From assembly GCA_028281885.1 (NCBI GenBank), contig JANQJA010000011.1, forward strand, positions 129,200-193,199: a stretch of DNA of 64,000 nt, written 5' to 3'. Shown here piece by piece: positions 9,825-19,008 of the stretch. The notes beneath the pieces are model-generated. The model was not told the origin of the DNA. It was given only the letters and a program-made list of their open reading frames with translations, and ran no database searches. The position numbers and the translations under genes are program-made. The DNA comes from Pseudomonadales bacterium (lineage in GTDB: Bacteria > Pseudomonadota > Gammaproteobacteria > Pseudomonadales > Azotimanducaceae). Every line of letters begins with the position of its first letter. Positions within the stretch are counted from its first letter, which is position 1.

Positions 9825-11011
9825 GCTTTTCTCGTTCCGCTGCAATTGTCGGTGCTGCCGAAGCCAATGAGATCGGTTATCCCGAAGAGCCGGTAACCGC
9901 GCTGCAACTCCATATGGAGTCGATCAAAAATGTCAGTGAACAGACCGGCATCCCGATCTCGGATATCGATGGCATCTTCTCCGTCAACATGACATCTGAG
10001 ATCGCTGAACACCTGGGATTGCATCCGAAGTACATCGAAACCACGGCTGTGGGTGGCTGTTCGTTCGAAATTCATGTTCACCACGCGATGGCCGCAATCC
10101 ATGCCGGCATTATCGATATTGCGCTCGTCACCCATGGTGAAAATGGCTGGTCCCAGCGCAAGATCCCTGGCGGGGCGCGTTACCCACGGAATGAAACGTC
10201 CCCGGCGGTGCAGATGTCGATGCCGTACGGACTGTTCGGTGCACCGTCCAACTACGCGCATTCGATGGTCGCCCACAATCACCGGTTTGGAACAACGCCG
10301 GAGGATTTCGCTCACATTGCGGTGGTGACCCGGGAATGGGCGACGTTGAATCCACGGGCGGTGATGCACTCCAAAGACACTCATGAATTTGGTGGTCCGA
10401 TTACGATTGAAGACGTTCAGAAAGCGCCGATGATTACCTGGCCGCTGACCATGCTTCACTGTTGTCTGCAGACTGACCATGGCGGTTCGGTGATTGTTGC
10501 ACGACCCGAGATCGCCCGCAGCCTCAGGACCAAGCCCGTTTGGGTCGCTGGTGCGGGCGAGAACATGAGCCATTCCAACATGCTGGAGATGGGCGACTTT
10601 ACCCAGACATCGGCTTACCTGTCTGCCCAGACTGCCTATGAGATGGCGGGTATGGGGCCGAATGATATTGAACTGGCGCTGGTGTATGACTCGTTTACGC
10701 TGACAGCGGGTATCACGATGGAGATGCTGGGTCTGGCGCCCCGCGGGGAAGGTTACAAGCTATGGCGTGATGGCCATGCCGCGCCCGGTGGCCGGCTGCC
10801 GATCAATACCAACGGCGGCGGCCTGTCGTTTAACCACTCTGGCATGTATGGCATGCAGCTTCTGATCGAAGGTTATCGGCAGCTGTCAGGTACGGCGGAA
10901 GATGGCATCAACGGCATCAAGGGCAAGCAGACCGATGCCCGCACTGCGATCGTTAACGGTACCGGCGGAACCCTGTCCACCACAGGTACGCTGATTCTGG
11001 AAGCGGACTAA
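9821..11011 (+). CDS. Thiolase-like (SCP-x type) protein, DUF35-associated
   Basis: About 396 aa thiolase fold. C-terminal NTNGGGLS and GTGGTLSTTG motifs. ATG 9821 has GGAGG at 9808-9812 and an ATGA overlap with the DUF35 gene. Confidence 0.8.
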   Translation: MSFSRSAAIVGAAEANEIGYPEEPVTALQLHMESIKNVSEQTGIPISDIDGIFSVNMTSEIAEHLGLHPKYIETTAVGGCSFEIHVHHAMAAIHAGIIDIALVTHGENGWSQRKIPGGARYPRNETSPAVQMSMPYGLFGAPSNYAHSMVAHNHRFGTTPEDFAHIAVVTREWATLNPRAVMHSKDTHEFGGPITIEDVQKAPMITWPLTMLHCCLQTDHGGSVIVARPEIARSLRTKPVWVAGAGENMSHSNMLEMGDFTQTSAYLSAQTAYEMAGMGPNDIELALVYDSFTLTAGITMEMLGLAPRGEGYKLWRDGHAAPGGRLPINTNGGGLSFNHSGMYGMQLLIEGYRQLSGTAEDGINGIKGKQTDARTAIVNGTGGTLSTTGTLILEAD

Positions 11012-11061
11012 TGAGACCATTCGGGATTCGTCGCCGTGAGGCGATGTATCCCGATGTTCCT

Positions 11062-12447
11062 CTACTGCCGTGAATACGGCGGTCGCATCCTTGCCATGAT
11101 TTTCGAGATGCGCCGCGATTGGGTGTAGATGGACCGGGCATGACTGAACTGCCTGAAGCCGTCGAAACCGTGGTACGCGCCCATGCCGCTTGCGCCAATC
11201 CCGCCGAAGGGCAGATCTTCCATTGCCACATGCATGATGACGTCATTGAGTGTGACGCCGCCTGACGTTGTATGGGTGAGGACCCGTTCCCGTTCGTTCG
11301 TATCCTCGCCGAAATAATAGAGTCCCAGCGGCCTCGGGTGCGCGTTGATATAAGAGATTGGCTCGTCGATTCGCTGGTAACGCCTGATCGGAAGGATAGG
11401 GCCGAAGATTTCGTCCTGCATGACGGTCATGTCGTCGGTCGGATCGAGGATCAGGGTAGGGGGAATCCGGCGATGTTGCTGCTGGCTGAAATCTTCGCCA
11501 GCGGGATTGAGTTCGACGATTTCTGCCCCCTTGGCGCGAGCATCGTCGAGATATGCCCGTAGTCGGTCATAGTGTCGGTCGCTGATGATCGTCGTGTAGT
11601 CGGGGTTGTCCTTCAAGGTGGGATACATTCGAGTCACCGCCGCGCGAGCGGCATCAACGAATTCATCGAGGCGAGTCTCGGGCAACATGGCATAGTCCGG
11701 CGCGAGGCAGATCTGGCCGGCATTCATGGTCTTTCCAGACATGACATTGTCGGCAGTGAGCGCCATATCCGCCGAACCGCTGACGATGACCGGTGACTTG
11801 CCACCCAGTTCGAGGGTTACCGGGACCAGGTTCTCGGCTGCAGCCTTCATGATGATGCGCCCGATTGATGTGGCGCCGGTAAACAGCAGGTGATCGAAGG
11901 GCAGGCCGCTGAACTCTGCACCGACCTCAGGACCGCCTGTGAATACAGCGATTTCTTCCTGGGCAAAGGCCTCTTCGATCAGATCCTTCATCAGCTCTGA
12001 TGTCAGAGGTGTCAGCTCCGACGGTTTTATCATGGCGCGATTGCCCGCGGCTAGAATCCCGGCCAGCGGTGTGAACGTGAGATTGACCGGGAAATTCCAT
12101 GGACTGATGCAGCCAACCACGCCGACCGGCTGATATCGGACCTCGGCTCTACCGCCGAGCAGCCGAAGTGGAAATTGCAGCGGTCGTCGCTCTGTTTTCA
12201 TCCAGCTCCGAACGTGTTTGACAGCGTGTTTGAGTGGTGCAATTGAGCCGTTGATATCGGTTGACCGGCTCTGGTGGTGACTGCGATGGCCAAAATCTTC
12301 CGCCATGGCTTCGATCAGTCGTGAACCATGATCCTGTAGCAAACTGATGGCGCGCTGCAGACGATCGATGCGGACTTCGGCGGGGACGAATCCCTCGTTC
12401 AGATAAGACTTGCGCTGTATTTCCAGTACTTCTTGCATCGATGTCAT
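11062..12447 (-). CDS. Aldehyde dehydrogenase family protein (ALDH3 / coniferyl-aldehyde dehydrogenase-like)
   Basis: SPWNFP, ELGGKSP and the catalytic GQICLAPDY motifs. ATGA overlap with the upstream GNAT gene. Confidence 0.85.
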   Translation of the reverse strand: MTSMQEVLEIQRKSYLNEGFVPAEVRIDRLQRAISLLQDHGSRLIEAMAEDFGHRSHHQSRSTDINGSIAPLKHAVKHVRSWMKTERRPLQFPLRLLGGRAEVRYQPVGVVGCISPWNFPVNLTFTPLAGILAAGNRAMIKPSELTPLTSELMKDLIEEAFAQEEIAVFTGGPEVGAEFSGLPFDHLLFTGATSIGRIIMKAAAENLVPVTLELGGKSPVIVSGSADMALTADNVMSGKTMNAGQICLAPDYAMLPETRLDEFVDAARAAVTRMYPTLKDNPDYTTIISDRHYDRLRAYLDDARAKGAEIVELNPAGEDFSQQQHRRIPPTLILDPTDDMTVMQDEIFGPILPIRRYQRIDEPISYINAHPRPLGLYYFGEDTNERERVLTHTTSGGVTLNDVIMHVAMEDLPFGGIGASGMGAYHGFDGFRQFSHARSIYTQSRRISKIMARMRPPYSRQ

Positions 12448-13025
12448 GGTGGGTCTCCGGTCAATTGCGGCCTTGTTAGCGAGTAAAGGTAGGCATCGTG
12501 CATTCGTTGATGAATCTTGAGTCTTCGAGCCAGTTGGCCTTCATAACTGGCGCCCGCATTCTCTGCGACCTTGCGGCTCGCGGTGTTCTCGGTAGACATG
12601 ATGATTTCAATCCGTTCGACATCCAGCCAGCGAAACGCAAAATTGGCGAGGCCCAGGGTCGCTTCCGATGCGTACCCCTTACTGGTTTCGCTGGTCCGCA
12701 TCCAGTAACCGAGGTTCATCACCGGATGTTCGTCCAGTCGGCTCACGCCGCATCCGCCCAGTAGTCGTGACCGCTGCGTATCGTAGATGGCAAAGGAATA
12801 CACGGATCGATCCTGCCAGGCTGGCTCGACTGAACGAATCCAGTCTCTCGAATCCTCGATGGCGTAGTTGGGATGGCACCAGGGCAGAAATGCGTGGACT
12901 TCTCGGATTGATTCACGCGCTGCTTCATACAGGTGACGGGCGTCCGCCAGCACATAGCGTCTGACAAAGAGGCGGTCAGTCTCAAAAGACAGGGGGATTC
13001 CCTGCTTGCGAGCTAGGTTGACCAT
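12444..13025 (-). CDS. GNAT family N-acetyltransferase (RimJ/RimL-like)
   Basis: TDRLFVRRY start and ASRKVAENAGASYEG are GNAT motifs. ATG 13025 shares one base with the TGA of the upstream gene (TGATG). The ORF-track start at 13055 would overlap that gene by 31 nt. Confidence 0.75.
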   Translation of the reverse strand: MVNLARKQGIPLSFETDRLFVRRYVLADARHLYEAARESIREVHAFLPWCHPNYAIEDSRDWIRSVEPAWQDRSVYSFAIYDTQRSRLLGGCGVSRLDEHPVMNLGYWMRTSETSKGYASEATLGLANFAFRWLDVERIEIIMSTENTASRKVAENAGASYEGQLARRLKIHQRMHDAYLYSLTRPQLTGDPP

Positions 13026-14395
13026 CAGCTGAATTCTTCCGTCTGATATCGCCACACCTTGATCGTTTTGCTCCAGCCTTCCCGGGGCAGCCCCGCCTTG
13101 CGGCGAAGTTCGCCTACGAATCCGGTTGGATCCGCGATCTGTTCCCAGACTGAGGGCAGGTAGGTAGCGCGGCGGCCGCCATCATCAATGATCAGGCCGT
13201 CGATGCCGGGCCTGAGTTGTCCTTCCAGCGTTTCTCGATCCGCTACTGTCACCGGCTCGGGCACACTGAGTACCGAGATATGAACGTCAATATCCTGGTA
13301 TTCCTCCAGGCTCAGCGGCTTGAAGCGCGGATCCTGAAAGGCCGCGGCCTGGGCGTTGTTGAGGACGTCGACGACGAGTTCCCGGTGCGCGGTCAGGCTG
13401 CCGATACAGCCCCGCAGGTGCCCGGACCGGTTAATCGTTACAAAGCTGGCACGTTGCGCGCGTAGCGCTGCAGGAAACGATGCCGGGTCGATAGAATAGG
13501 AACCCTTGCCGAGCAGTGGTTGCAGAATCGCCTCCCGCGCCACCTGAAGCAATCGCTGGCGCCAGGCAGGTAGCAGTTCGCTTCCCAGTCGTGGATGTTC
13601 GTGAACGGCGAAGGCACCGTAGCCAACGACACGGCTCTTGTCTCCGGCCGTGTCACCGGAGTTACGAAGGTCGATCTGTTCGATGGCAAGACCGCGTCGT
13701 TTTGCCAGGGTGAGCAGCCCATTGATCGGTCGGTAGCCACAGGCCTCTTCGCCAACCAGGCAGTCATCCAGCGCGACGATACGTTCACAGGTGCGAGTGT
13801 CGATTTGGCGAGCTTCGTTATAAGAGTGGTAATGACTCAGGTCAGAACTGATGACAACCAGCGTCTCAGGTCCACCCCAGAGCAGTTCAAGGATGTCCGC
13901 GACATCCGTGGCACCAGCGTCACCCACGACCAGTGGAACCAGTTGAAAGTCACCGAGCGTTCGTTGCAGAAATGGTAAGTGCACTTCAAGACTGTGTTCC
14001 TGTGCATGCGCCTCGTCGAGAAAGCCGACCGAGGGGCGAGTCAATGCCTGCTGGATCGATTGGGTGTCGATGGGTATATCGCCGAGCGGGGTGCGGTAAG
14101 TCGTCGCAGAGGTCGCTGCGATGCCGCGAAAGCCAACCCGGTGGGAGGGGCCCAGCAAGACGACCCGGTTAATCCGGTCGGCGGCATTCTTGAGCGAGGC
14201 ATAGACGCTGGCTGCGACCGGGCCCGAGTAAATGTGTCCGGCGTGTGGTGCGATGACGGCCTTGGGCGGACTACCGCTCGTGGCGGCGGCATCAAGCATC
14301 TGGTCGACAGATTTGGCGAGTGCGACCGGATCTGCCGTATAAAAGGTGCCGGCAACCGCCGGTTCCCTGACCGCGTCCATGGCACTTTTACTCAT
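13025..14395 (-). CDS. amrB: Fused AmmeMemoRadiSam system protein B (MEMO1-like) and protein A (AMMECR1 domain)
   Basis: The N-terminal half has VIAPHAGHIYSG and SSDLSHY Memo-type motifs. The C-terminal half has the AMMECR1 motif ASFVTINRSGHLRGCIGS. It is divergent from the matching radical SAM gene. Confidence 0.85.
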   Translation of the reverse strand: MSKSAMDAVREPAVAGTFYTADPVALAKSVDQMLDAAATSGSPPKAVIAPHAGHIYSGPVAASVYASLKNAADRINRVVLLGPSHRVGFRGIAATSATTYRTPLGDIPIDTQSIQQALTRPSVGFLDEAHAQEHSLEVHLPFLQRTLGDFQLVPLVVGDAGATDVADILELLWGGPETLVVISSDLSHYHSYNEARQIDTRTCERIVALDDCLVGEEACGYRPINGLLTLAKRRGLAIEQIDLRNSGDTAGDKSRVVGYGAFAVHEHPRLGSELLPAWRQRLLQVAREAILQPLLGKGSYSIDPASFPAALRAQRASFVTINRSGHLRGCIGSLTAHRELVVDVLNNAQAAAFQDPRFKPLSLEEYQDIDVHISVLSVPEPVTVADRETLEGQLRPGIDGLIIDDGGRRATYLPSVWEQIADPTGFVGELRRKAGLPREGWSKTIKVWRYQTEEFS

Positions 14396-14446
14396 AGGTA
14401 GCGTTGCGTTAATTTGGATTCTAGAGCAAGCGTCTGAGGTCCACCA

Positions 14447-15571
14447 ATGTCAATGATTCTGGACTGGAGACTGGGTCAGTCGGGGCAGGGAGCCTCCGGG
14501 CCAATGCGGGCAGGCGGTTATTTCCACCGGCTGTCTGACGGTCGACTGCAATGTGATCTCTGCCCTCGATTTTGTCGTTTACGGGAAGGGCAGCGGGGGC
14601 TCTGCTTTGTCAGGGCCCGGCAAAATGACGAAATTGTGCTGACAACCTATGGTCGTTCCAGCGGTTTCTGCGTTGATCCCATCGAAAAGAAACCCCTCAA
14701 CCATTTTCTGCCGGGTACGCCGGTCCTGTCGTTTGGCACGGCAGGCTGTAACCTGGCCTGTAAATTCTGCCAGAACTGGGACATGAGCAAGTCCCGGGAA
14801 ATGGACACACTGGCCGATGAAGCGACGCCCGAAACGCTGGCCAGGGCTGCATCGGAACTCGGATGTCGAAGTATCGCGTACACCTACAACGATCCGGTGA
14901 TCTTTCTGGAATATGCAGTGGATGTTGCACGTGCTGCGCATGAGCTGGGCATTGCCTCTGTGGCGGTGACAGCGGGTTACATTACTCCTGAGCCGCGACG
15001 AGATTTTTTTAAGCATATCGATGCGGCCAACGTCGATCTGAAGGCTTTTACCGAGCGCTTCTACCACCGCATCTGCGGCGGTCATCTCAGGGACGTGCTC
15101 GATACATTGCTTTACCTCAAGCATGAAAGCACCACATGGTTTGAGTTAACGACGCTGTTGATTCCCGGTGAAAACGACTCTGCAGAGGAGATCGAGGCCA
15201 TGTCCCGGTGGGTGGCCGACAATCTGGGCCCTGACGTTCCGATGCACTTTACGGCCTTTCATCCCGACTATCGTATGCAGGACAAGAGCGCGACGCCCCC
15301 TGCGACGCTGAGCCGAGCGAGGGAAATTGCCCGGGCCAATGGCATTGCGCACGTTTACACCGGTAATGTTCATGACAGTGAAGGCGGCAGTACCTACTGC
15401 TCGGGATGTGGCGCCAGAGTGATCGAACGAGACTGGTACGCACTGGGTGAATGGCGATTGGACGCCCAGGGTTGTTGTCGCGCCTGCGGTACACGAGTGC
15501 CAGGTGTGTTTGATCCTGAGCCCGGTAACTGGGGGCGTCGTCGACAGCCGATCCGCCTCGGCAACCCCTGA
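14447..15571 (+). CDS. amrS: AmmeMemoRadiSam system radical SAM enzyme
   Basis: N-terminal CDLCPRFC cysteine cluster plus the radical SAM motif GCNLACKFCQNW. A C-terminal CSGCG...CCRACG cluster is also present. The start could be the in-frame ATG at 14504. Confidence 0.85.
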   Translation: MSMILDWRLGQSGQGASGPMRAGGYFHRLSDGRLQCDLCPRFCRLREGQRGLCFVRARQNDEIVLTTYGRSSGFCVDPIEKKPLNHFLPGTPVLSFGTAGCNLACKFCQNWDMSKSREMDTLADEATPETLARAASELGCRSIAYTYNDPVIFLEYAVDVARAAHELGIASVAVTAGYITPEPRRDFFKHIDAANVDLKAFTERFYHRICGGHLRDVLDTLLYLKHESTTWFELTTLLIPGENDSAEEIEAMSRWVADNLGPDVPMHFTAFHPDYRMQDKSATPPATLSRAREIARANGIAHVYTGNVHDSEGGSTYCSGCGARVIERDWYALGEWRLDAQGCCRACGTRVPGVFDPEPGNWGRRRQPIRLGNP

Positions 15572-15661
15572 TCGGCCTGGCGGACATCCGCTGTACCTGT
15601 TTCCTGCTTCACTATAGGCTTGTCTGCAACGTGTTGTGCAACCTAGTGTTTGGAGTTGACG

Positions 15662-17947
15662 ATGGCTTCCGAGCCAACTGAATCAGCCGGCAACTTGCTT
15701 GCCCAGATACGCACTCCCGGTACCTTGATGCTGGATTGCAGTGTGCTGAAAAAGGGTAATGACAACTACCATGTTGACATCCAGCTATCCAAACGCTTTA
15801 TCGGTGCGACCCGGGAAGTCATCCAGGGCATGTCGAAGCGCGCGTTGTCCGGACGCCGGCCAGCGGCCACATCCGAGGATGCCGAGGAGTTCCGCGAGGC
15901 CTACGTTGAGATCGTTGAGGACAGCCTGCATCGGACCAAGACAGACCTGACGCCAGCCGAGGTGTGTGTATTGCATTTCGGCGTGGTCAAGTTTGTCATT
16001 GCTGAAATTCGGGCGAGTCTCGACGCTGTCGTCCAGGATCTGGAAGAGACACTGGCACAGCAGCAGTATGCCGGCTCCCGCAGCCTGCTGGTTACGCAGC
16101 AGAAGTTCGCCTGGGTCAGGCAGCACTATGCTTCGTTTCAGTTTCGTATCACTCGCGCGATGTTGAGGCTGCTGCAGCGGGAAGAAAACAACCAGCTGCG
16201 CACGCTACGAGAGCAGTTTCTTGGCGACGCCATGATGGAGTTGCCTCACGTGTTGTTGAATCCGTTGCTGGCGGGCCCACCGCGGGATGCACTGCTGCTG
16301 ATGGAAAACTATGCCCTTTGGGCTGACAGCGGTAAGAGATTTTCGTCAGCCAACGAGAAGCTTGAGGCGCTTCTCAGGAAGCGGTTGAGTCAGCTTGATA
16401 TTGTTTCGTTGAAACCACCGGGTAAGTCGGAAGGTGCAACCGAAGTTTACGACGAGTTCGGCGGACTTTTCAGCATTCAGGAGATGCTGGGCCCGGCGGT
16501 CGATCAGAAGGAATCGGTATCCGAGGAATTCAGCTGGCTCGATCATCCGGGCAATTTTCGCCTGTTATTTGACGCCAGCGTGCACGAGCGGATGCGGGCT
16601 CAGCAGGAAGGTCGGCGTGCCCAATGGAAATTCCGCTCTGGGGCCAGGAAACTGGAGAAAATCGGCGTTGAAGCGATACGCGCCCTTGCCTCCGATGCTG
16701 AAGCGAAAATCATGATTGCAGGTTATGTGTTGCGGGAAGAGTGGCTGCCTGCCTGGGATGACATTCTTGATGTCGCCAGCGCCTGTGCTTATGTGGCAGG
16801 GCAGGATGACAAGCGAATCCTCGCCCGCATTGATCAGAGCAAGGAAGGCGCACTGCTGATGATCAAGAAGCTGGACGAATTGTCGAAAAAAGCTGCGCGA
16901 GTTTACAAGGAAGACATGGATGAGATTCGGGTGCGAATCCTCACCGATGTATCTCGATATCGACTGCATCTCAAATACTTCCGATTTGCCCATCGAATAT
17001 TCAATCGAATTTCTGTGTTAACTGAGCCTGAAGAGATCCATCTATCCAGGGCCAACGGGCGGCTCTATCAGCTTACCGGTCGCGAGGAAGATGAAGACGA
17101 TGTGTTGCATGAGCCGCAGATCATCCACCATGCGGTGCTCAAGGCGGATGTCAGGGGATCAACGACCGTGACACAGGAACTGATCCGGCAGAATCTGAAT
17201 CCTGCTTCCTATTTCAGTACTCGATTCTTTGGGCCTATCAATGACCTGCTGTCGGTGTATGGGGCAGAGAAAATTTTCATTGAGGGGGATGCCATCATTC
17301 TCGGGATCCATGAGTACGACCAGTCACCGGAGGACTGGTATTCGGTGAGCCGCATCTGCGGTATTGCCAAGGAAATTCTCGATATCGTCAGTTCGAAGAA
17401 TGCCCATTCAAAATCCACCGGTCTGCCGTTGCTGGAGCTGGGTATCGGCATCTGCTACGAGGATGACCGACCACTGTTTTTGTTTGATGAAGACAAGCCC
17501 ATCATGATTTCGCCGGCCATTGGTGAGGCCGATCGAATGAGCTCCTGTAGCTGGCGACTGCGAGAAGCGTTTGCGGAAGCTCCCTTCCATGTGCAGGTAC
17601 TGAACATGTCCGAGGACGACAGTAGTCGAGGTGAGAAGGGGCAGACCCAGGTTCGATACAACCTGAACGGCATCCTGATGGCTAACGATGCCTTTATCAA
17701 ACTGAAGTCTGAGATTCAGCTAAAGAAGGTCAGCATCAAGGTCGTGGATCGCAGCGAAACGATGTATGTGGGCCGCTTCCCGGATGTTAGGGGGAAGGAA
17801 CGTGAGCTGGTCATTCGCGAGGGTATTGTCGGTCGCTGGGACGGTGAACAATCAACCCCCGGACCGGAAGACGGAGAACGGTATTACGAAGTACTGCCCA
17901 ACTCGAAGCTGGCGAGCCAGGTGCTGGAGGTTGTGCGTAGCCAATAG
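15662..17947 (+). CDS. Large uncharacterised protein with C-terminal class III nucleotidyl-cyclase-like domain
   Basis: ATG 15662 is preceded by GGAG (15652-15655). Residues ~490-640 (nt 17117-17569) read VLKADVRGST ... FIEGDAIILG ... LGIGICYED ... SPAIGEADRMSS. These fit the beta1-Asp, GD-Asp and Arg positions of class III cyclases. The N-terminal ~480 aa are helical with no motif I recognise. Confidence 0.6.
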   Translation: MASEPTESAGNLLAQIRTPGTLMLDCSVLKKGNDNYHVDIQLSKRFIGATREVIQGMSKRALSGRRPAATSEDAEEFREAYVEIVEDSLHRTKTDLTPAEVCVLHFGVVKFVIAEIRASLDAVVQDLEETLAQQQYAGSRSLLVTQQKFAWVRQHYASFQFRITRAMLRLLQREENNQLRTLREQFLGDAMMELPHVLLNPLLAGPPRDALLLMENYALWADSGKRFSSANEKLEALLRKRLSQLDIVSLKPPGKSEGATEVYDEFGGLFSIQEMLGPAVDQKESVSEEFSWLDHPGNFRLLFDASVHERMRAQQEGRRAQWKFRSGARKLEKIGVEAIRALASDAEAKIMIAGYVLREEWLPAWDDILDVASACAYVAGQDDKRILARIDQSKEGALLMIKKLDELSKKAARVYKEDMDEIRVRILTDVSRYRLHLKYFRFAHRIFNRISVLTEPEEIHLSRANGRLYQLTGREEDEDDVLHEPQIIHHAVLKADVRGSTTVTQELIRQNLNPASYFSTRFFGPINDLLSVYGAEKIFIEGDAIILGIHEYDQSPEDWYSVSRICGIAKEILDIVSSKNAHSKSTGLPLLELGIGICYEDDRPLFLFDEDKPIMISPAIGEADRMSSCSWRLREAFAEAPFHVQVLNMSEDDSSRGEKGQTQVRYNLNGILMANDAFIKLKSEIQLKKVSIKVVDRSETMYVGRFPDVRGKERELVIREGIVGRWDGEQSTPGPEDGERYYEVLPNSKLASQVLEVVRSQ

Positions 17948-17951
17948 AACG

Positions 17952-18923
17952 CTAATTCGGTGGTAGGTACTTTGCGCAGGTTGCCTGGACCGCTTCGGCG
18001 GTTGGTGGTATCGGGGCGTCCTCGCTTGTCACATATCGGAACCGACCTGATCCGTGATCGGCGCCAAACAGGCGGACATTGACTTCCGGCACGACAAATC
18101 CGTTCCCACGAATTGCAGCGTATTCCTCATTAAGTTCATCGAAGGAGCGGCCGGATTCCTGATCGCCCGTTGTGACGCCTTCGTGCAACTGATGAAAGCT
18201 GCCTTCACCGGCCAGGTAGATGGGTACGACGCCTTTGTGCTCGACCGCTCGCTTGTAGAAGTCCAGGTTCACCAGCCCCCCACCCGGAGACTGAAAGGCT
18301 TCGTCAAAACCGGACAGCGACTGAAAGAGGCGTTGTGACACAACGATGCAGTTGCTTTCCGCAATCGGACCAAACCAGCCCTGCGGACATGAACCGCCCC
18401 AGCTGGCGATTTCAAACAGGCGATAGCCATCGCTTGGCCAGTCAATGTGCGCAAGCAGCCGGTCCTCCACGGATTGGGTATACCCTGCGTTGACGCTGTT
18501 TCGCTGATGGTCGGGCCCCAGGTGAAGTCCAAGCACGGCAATCACGGGTTCAGGGTTGTCCTTGACCGCCCGACGGGCGCCGGCCACCACACCGGGACTG
18601 AGCATGCGTGCGCCGTCGATCATGATGGCGACGTAATCTCCCTGTGCCTGCTGGACGCCATAATTGACGGCGCCCGCCGGGGAGGGGCTGGCCTCCTCCA
18701 GATAATAAGAGCGTAGCGGAACACCGATGTCTCGTGCATCGATGTCGAGCGGTGGTTTCGAACCGTTGTCGACCAGAATGACCTCCCAGTCGGTATCGGC
18801 AGAGTTCTGCTGGTAGCTTCTCGACAGCGTATGCAGCGTGCGTGAGATTTCTCGAGGCATGTTGTACGCGATGACAACAACGGAGATGAGCGGGCGTGGG
18901 TTCAGCAGTCTGCGAAGTCGCAT
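17952..18923 (-). CDS. Glycosyltransferase family 2
   Basis: The ISVVVIAYNMPREISRTL ... VILVDNGS GT2 N-terminus begins right after Met at 18923. The longer ORF (start 18992) would leave only 16 bp to the divergent gene. Confidence 0.75.
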   Translation of the reverse strand: MRLRRLLNPRPLISVVVIAYNMPREISRTLHTLSRSYQQNSADTDWEVILVDNGSKPPLDIDARDIGVPLRSYYLEEASPSPAGAVNYGVQQAQGDYVAIMIDGARMLSPGVVAGARRAVKDNPEPVIAVLGLHLGPDHQRNSVNAGYTQSVEDRLLAHIDWPSDGYRLFEIASWGGSCPQGWFGPIAESNCIVVSQRLFQSLSGFDEAFQSPGGGLVNLDFYKRAVEHKGVVPIYLAGEGSFHQLHEGVTTGDQESGRSFDELNEEYAAIRGNGFVVPEVNVRLFGADHGSGRFRYVTSEDAPIPPTAEAVQATCAKYLPPN

Positions 18924-19008
18924 GAGCGGGGTCGAGGTGGATCGATGATGATGGCTTATTGTAGTTGAACAGCCGCGGATTTGTTGTGCCATGCGTTAAC
19001 ATGATGCG

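Noticed and set aside
9782-10573. 263-aa minus-strand ORF opposite the thiolase-like gene
   Set aside because: It is antisense to a gene with a clear thiolase fold and has an Arg/His-rich composition.
15620-15650. Short inverted/direct repeat (tGCAACgtgttgtGCAACc) upstream of the cyclase-like gene
   Set aside because: The arms are only 4-5 nt and not a true palindrome. It overlaps a mediocre candidate promoter (TTGTCT-18 nt-TAGTGT). This is not enough support to call a regulatory site.
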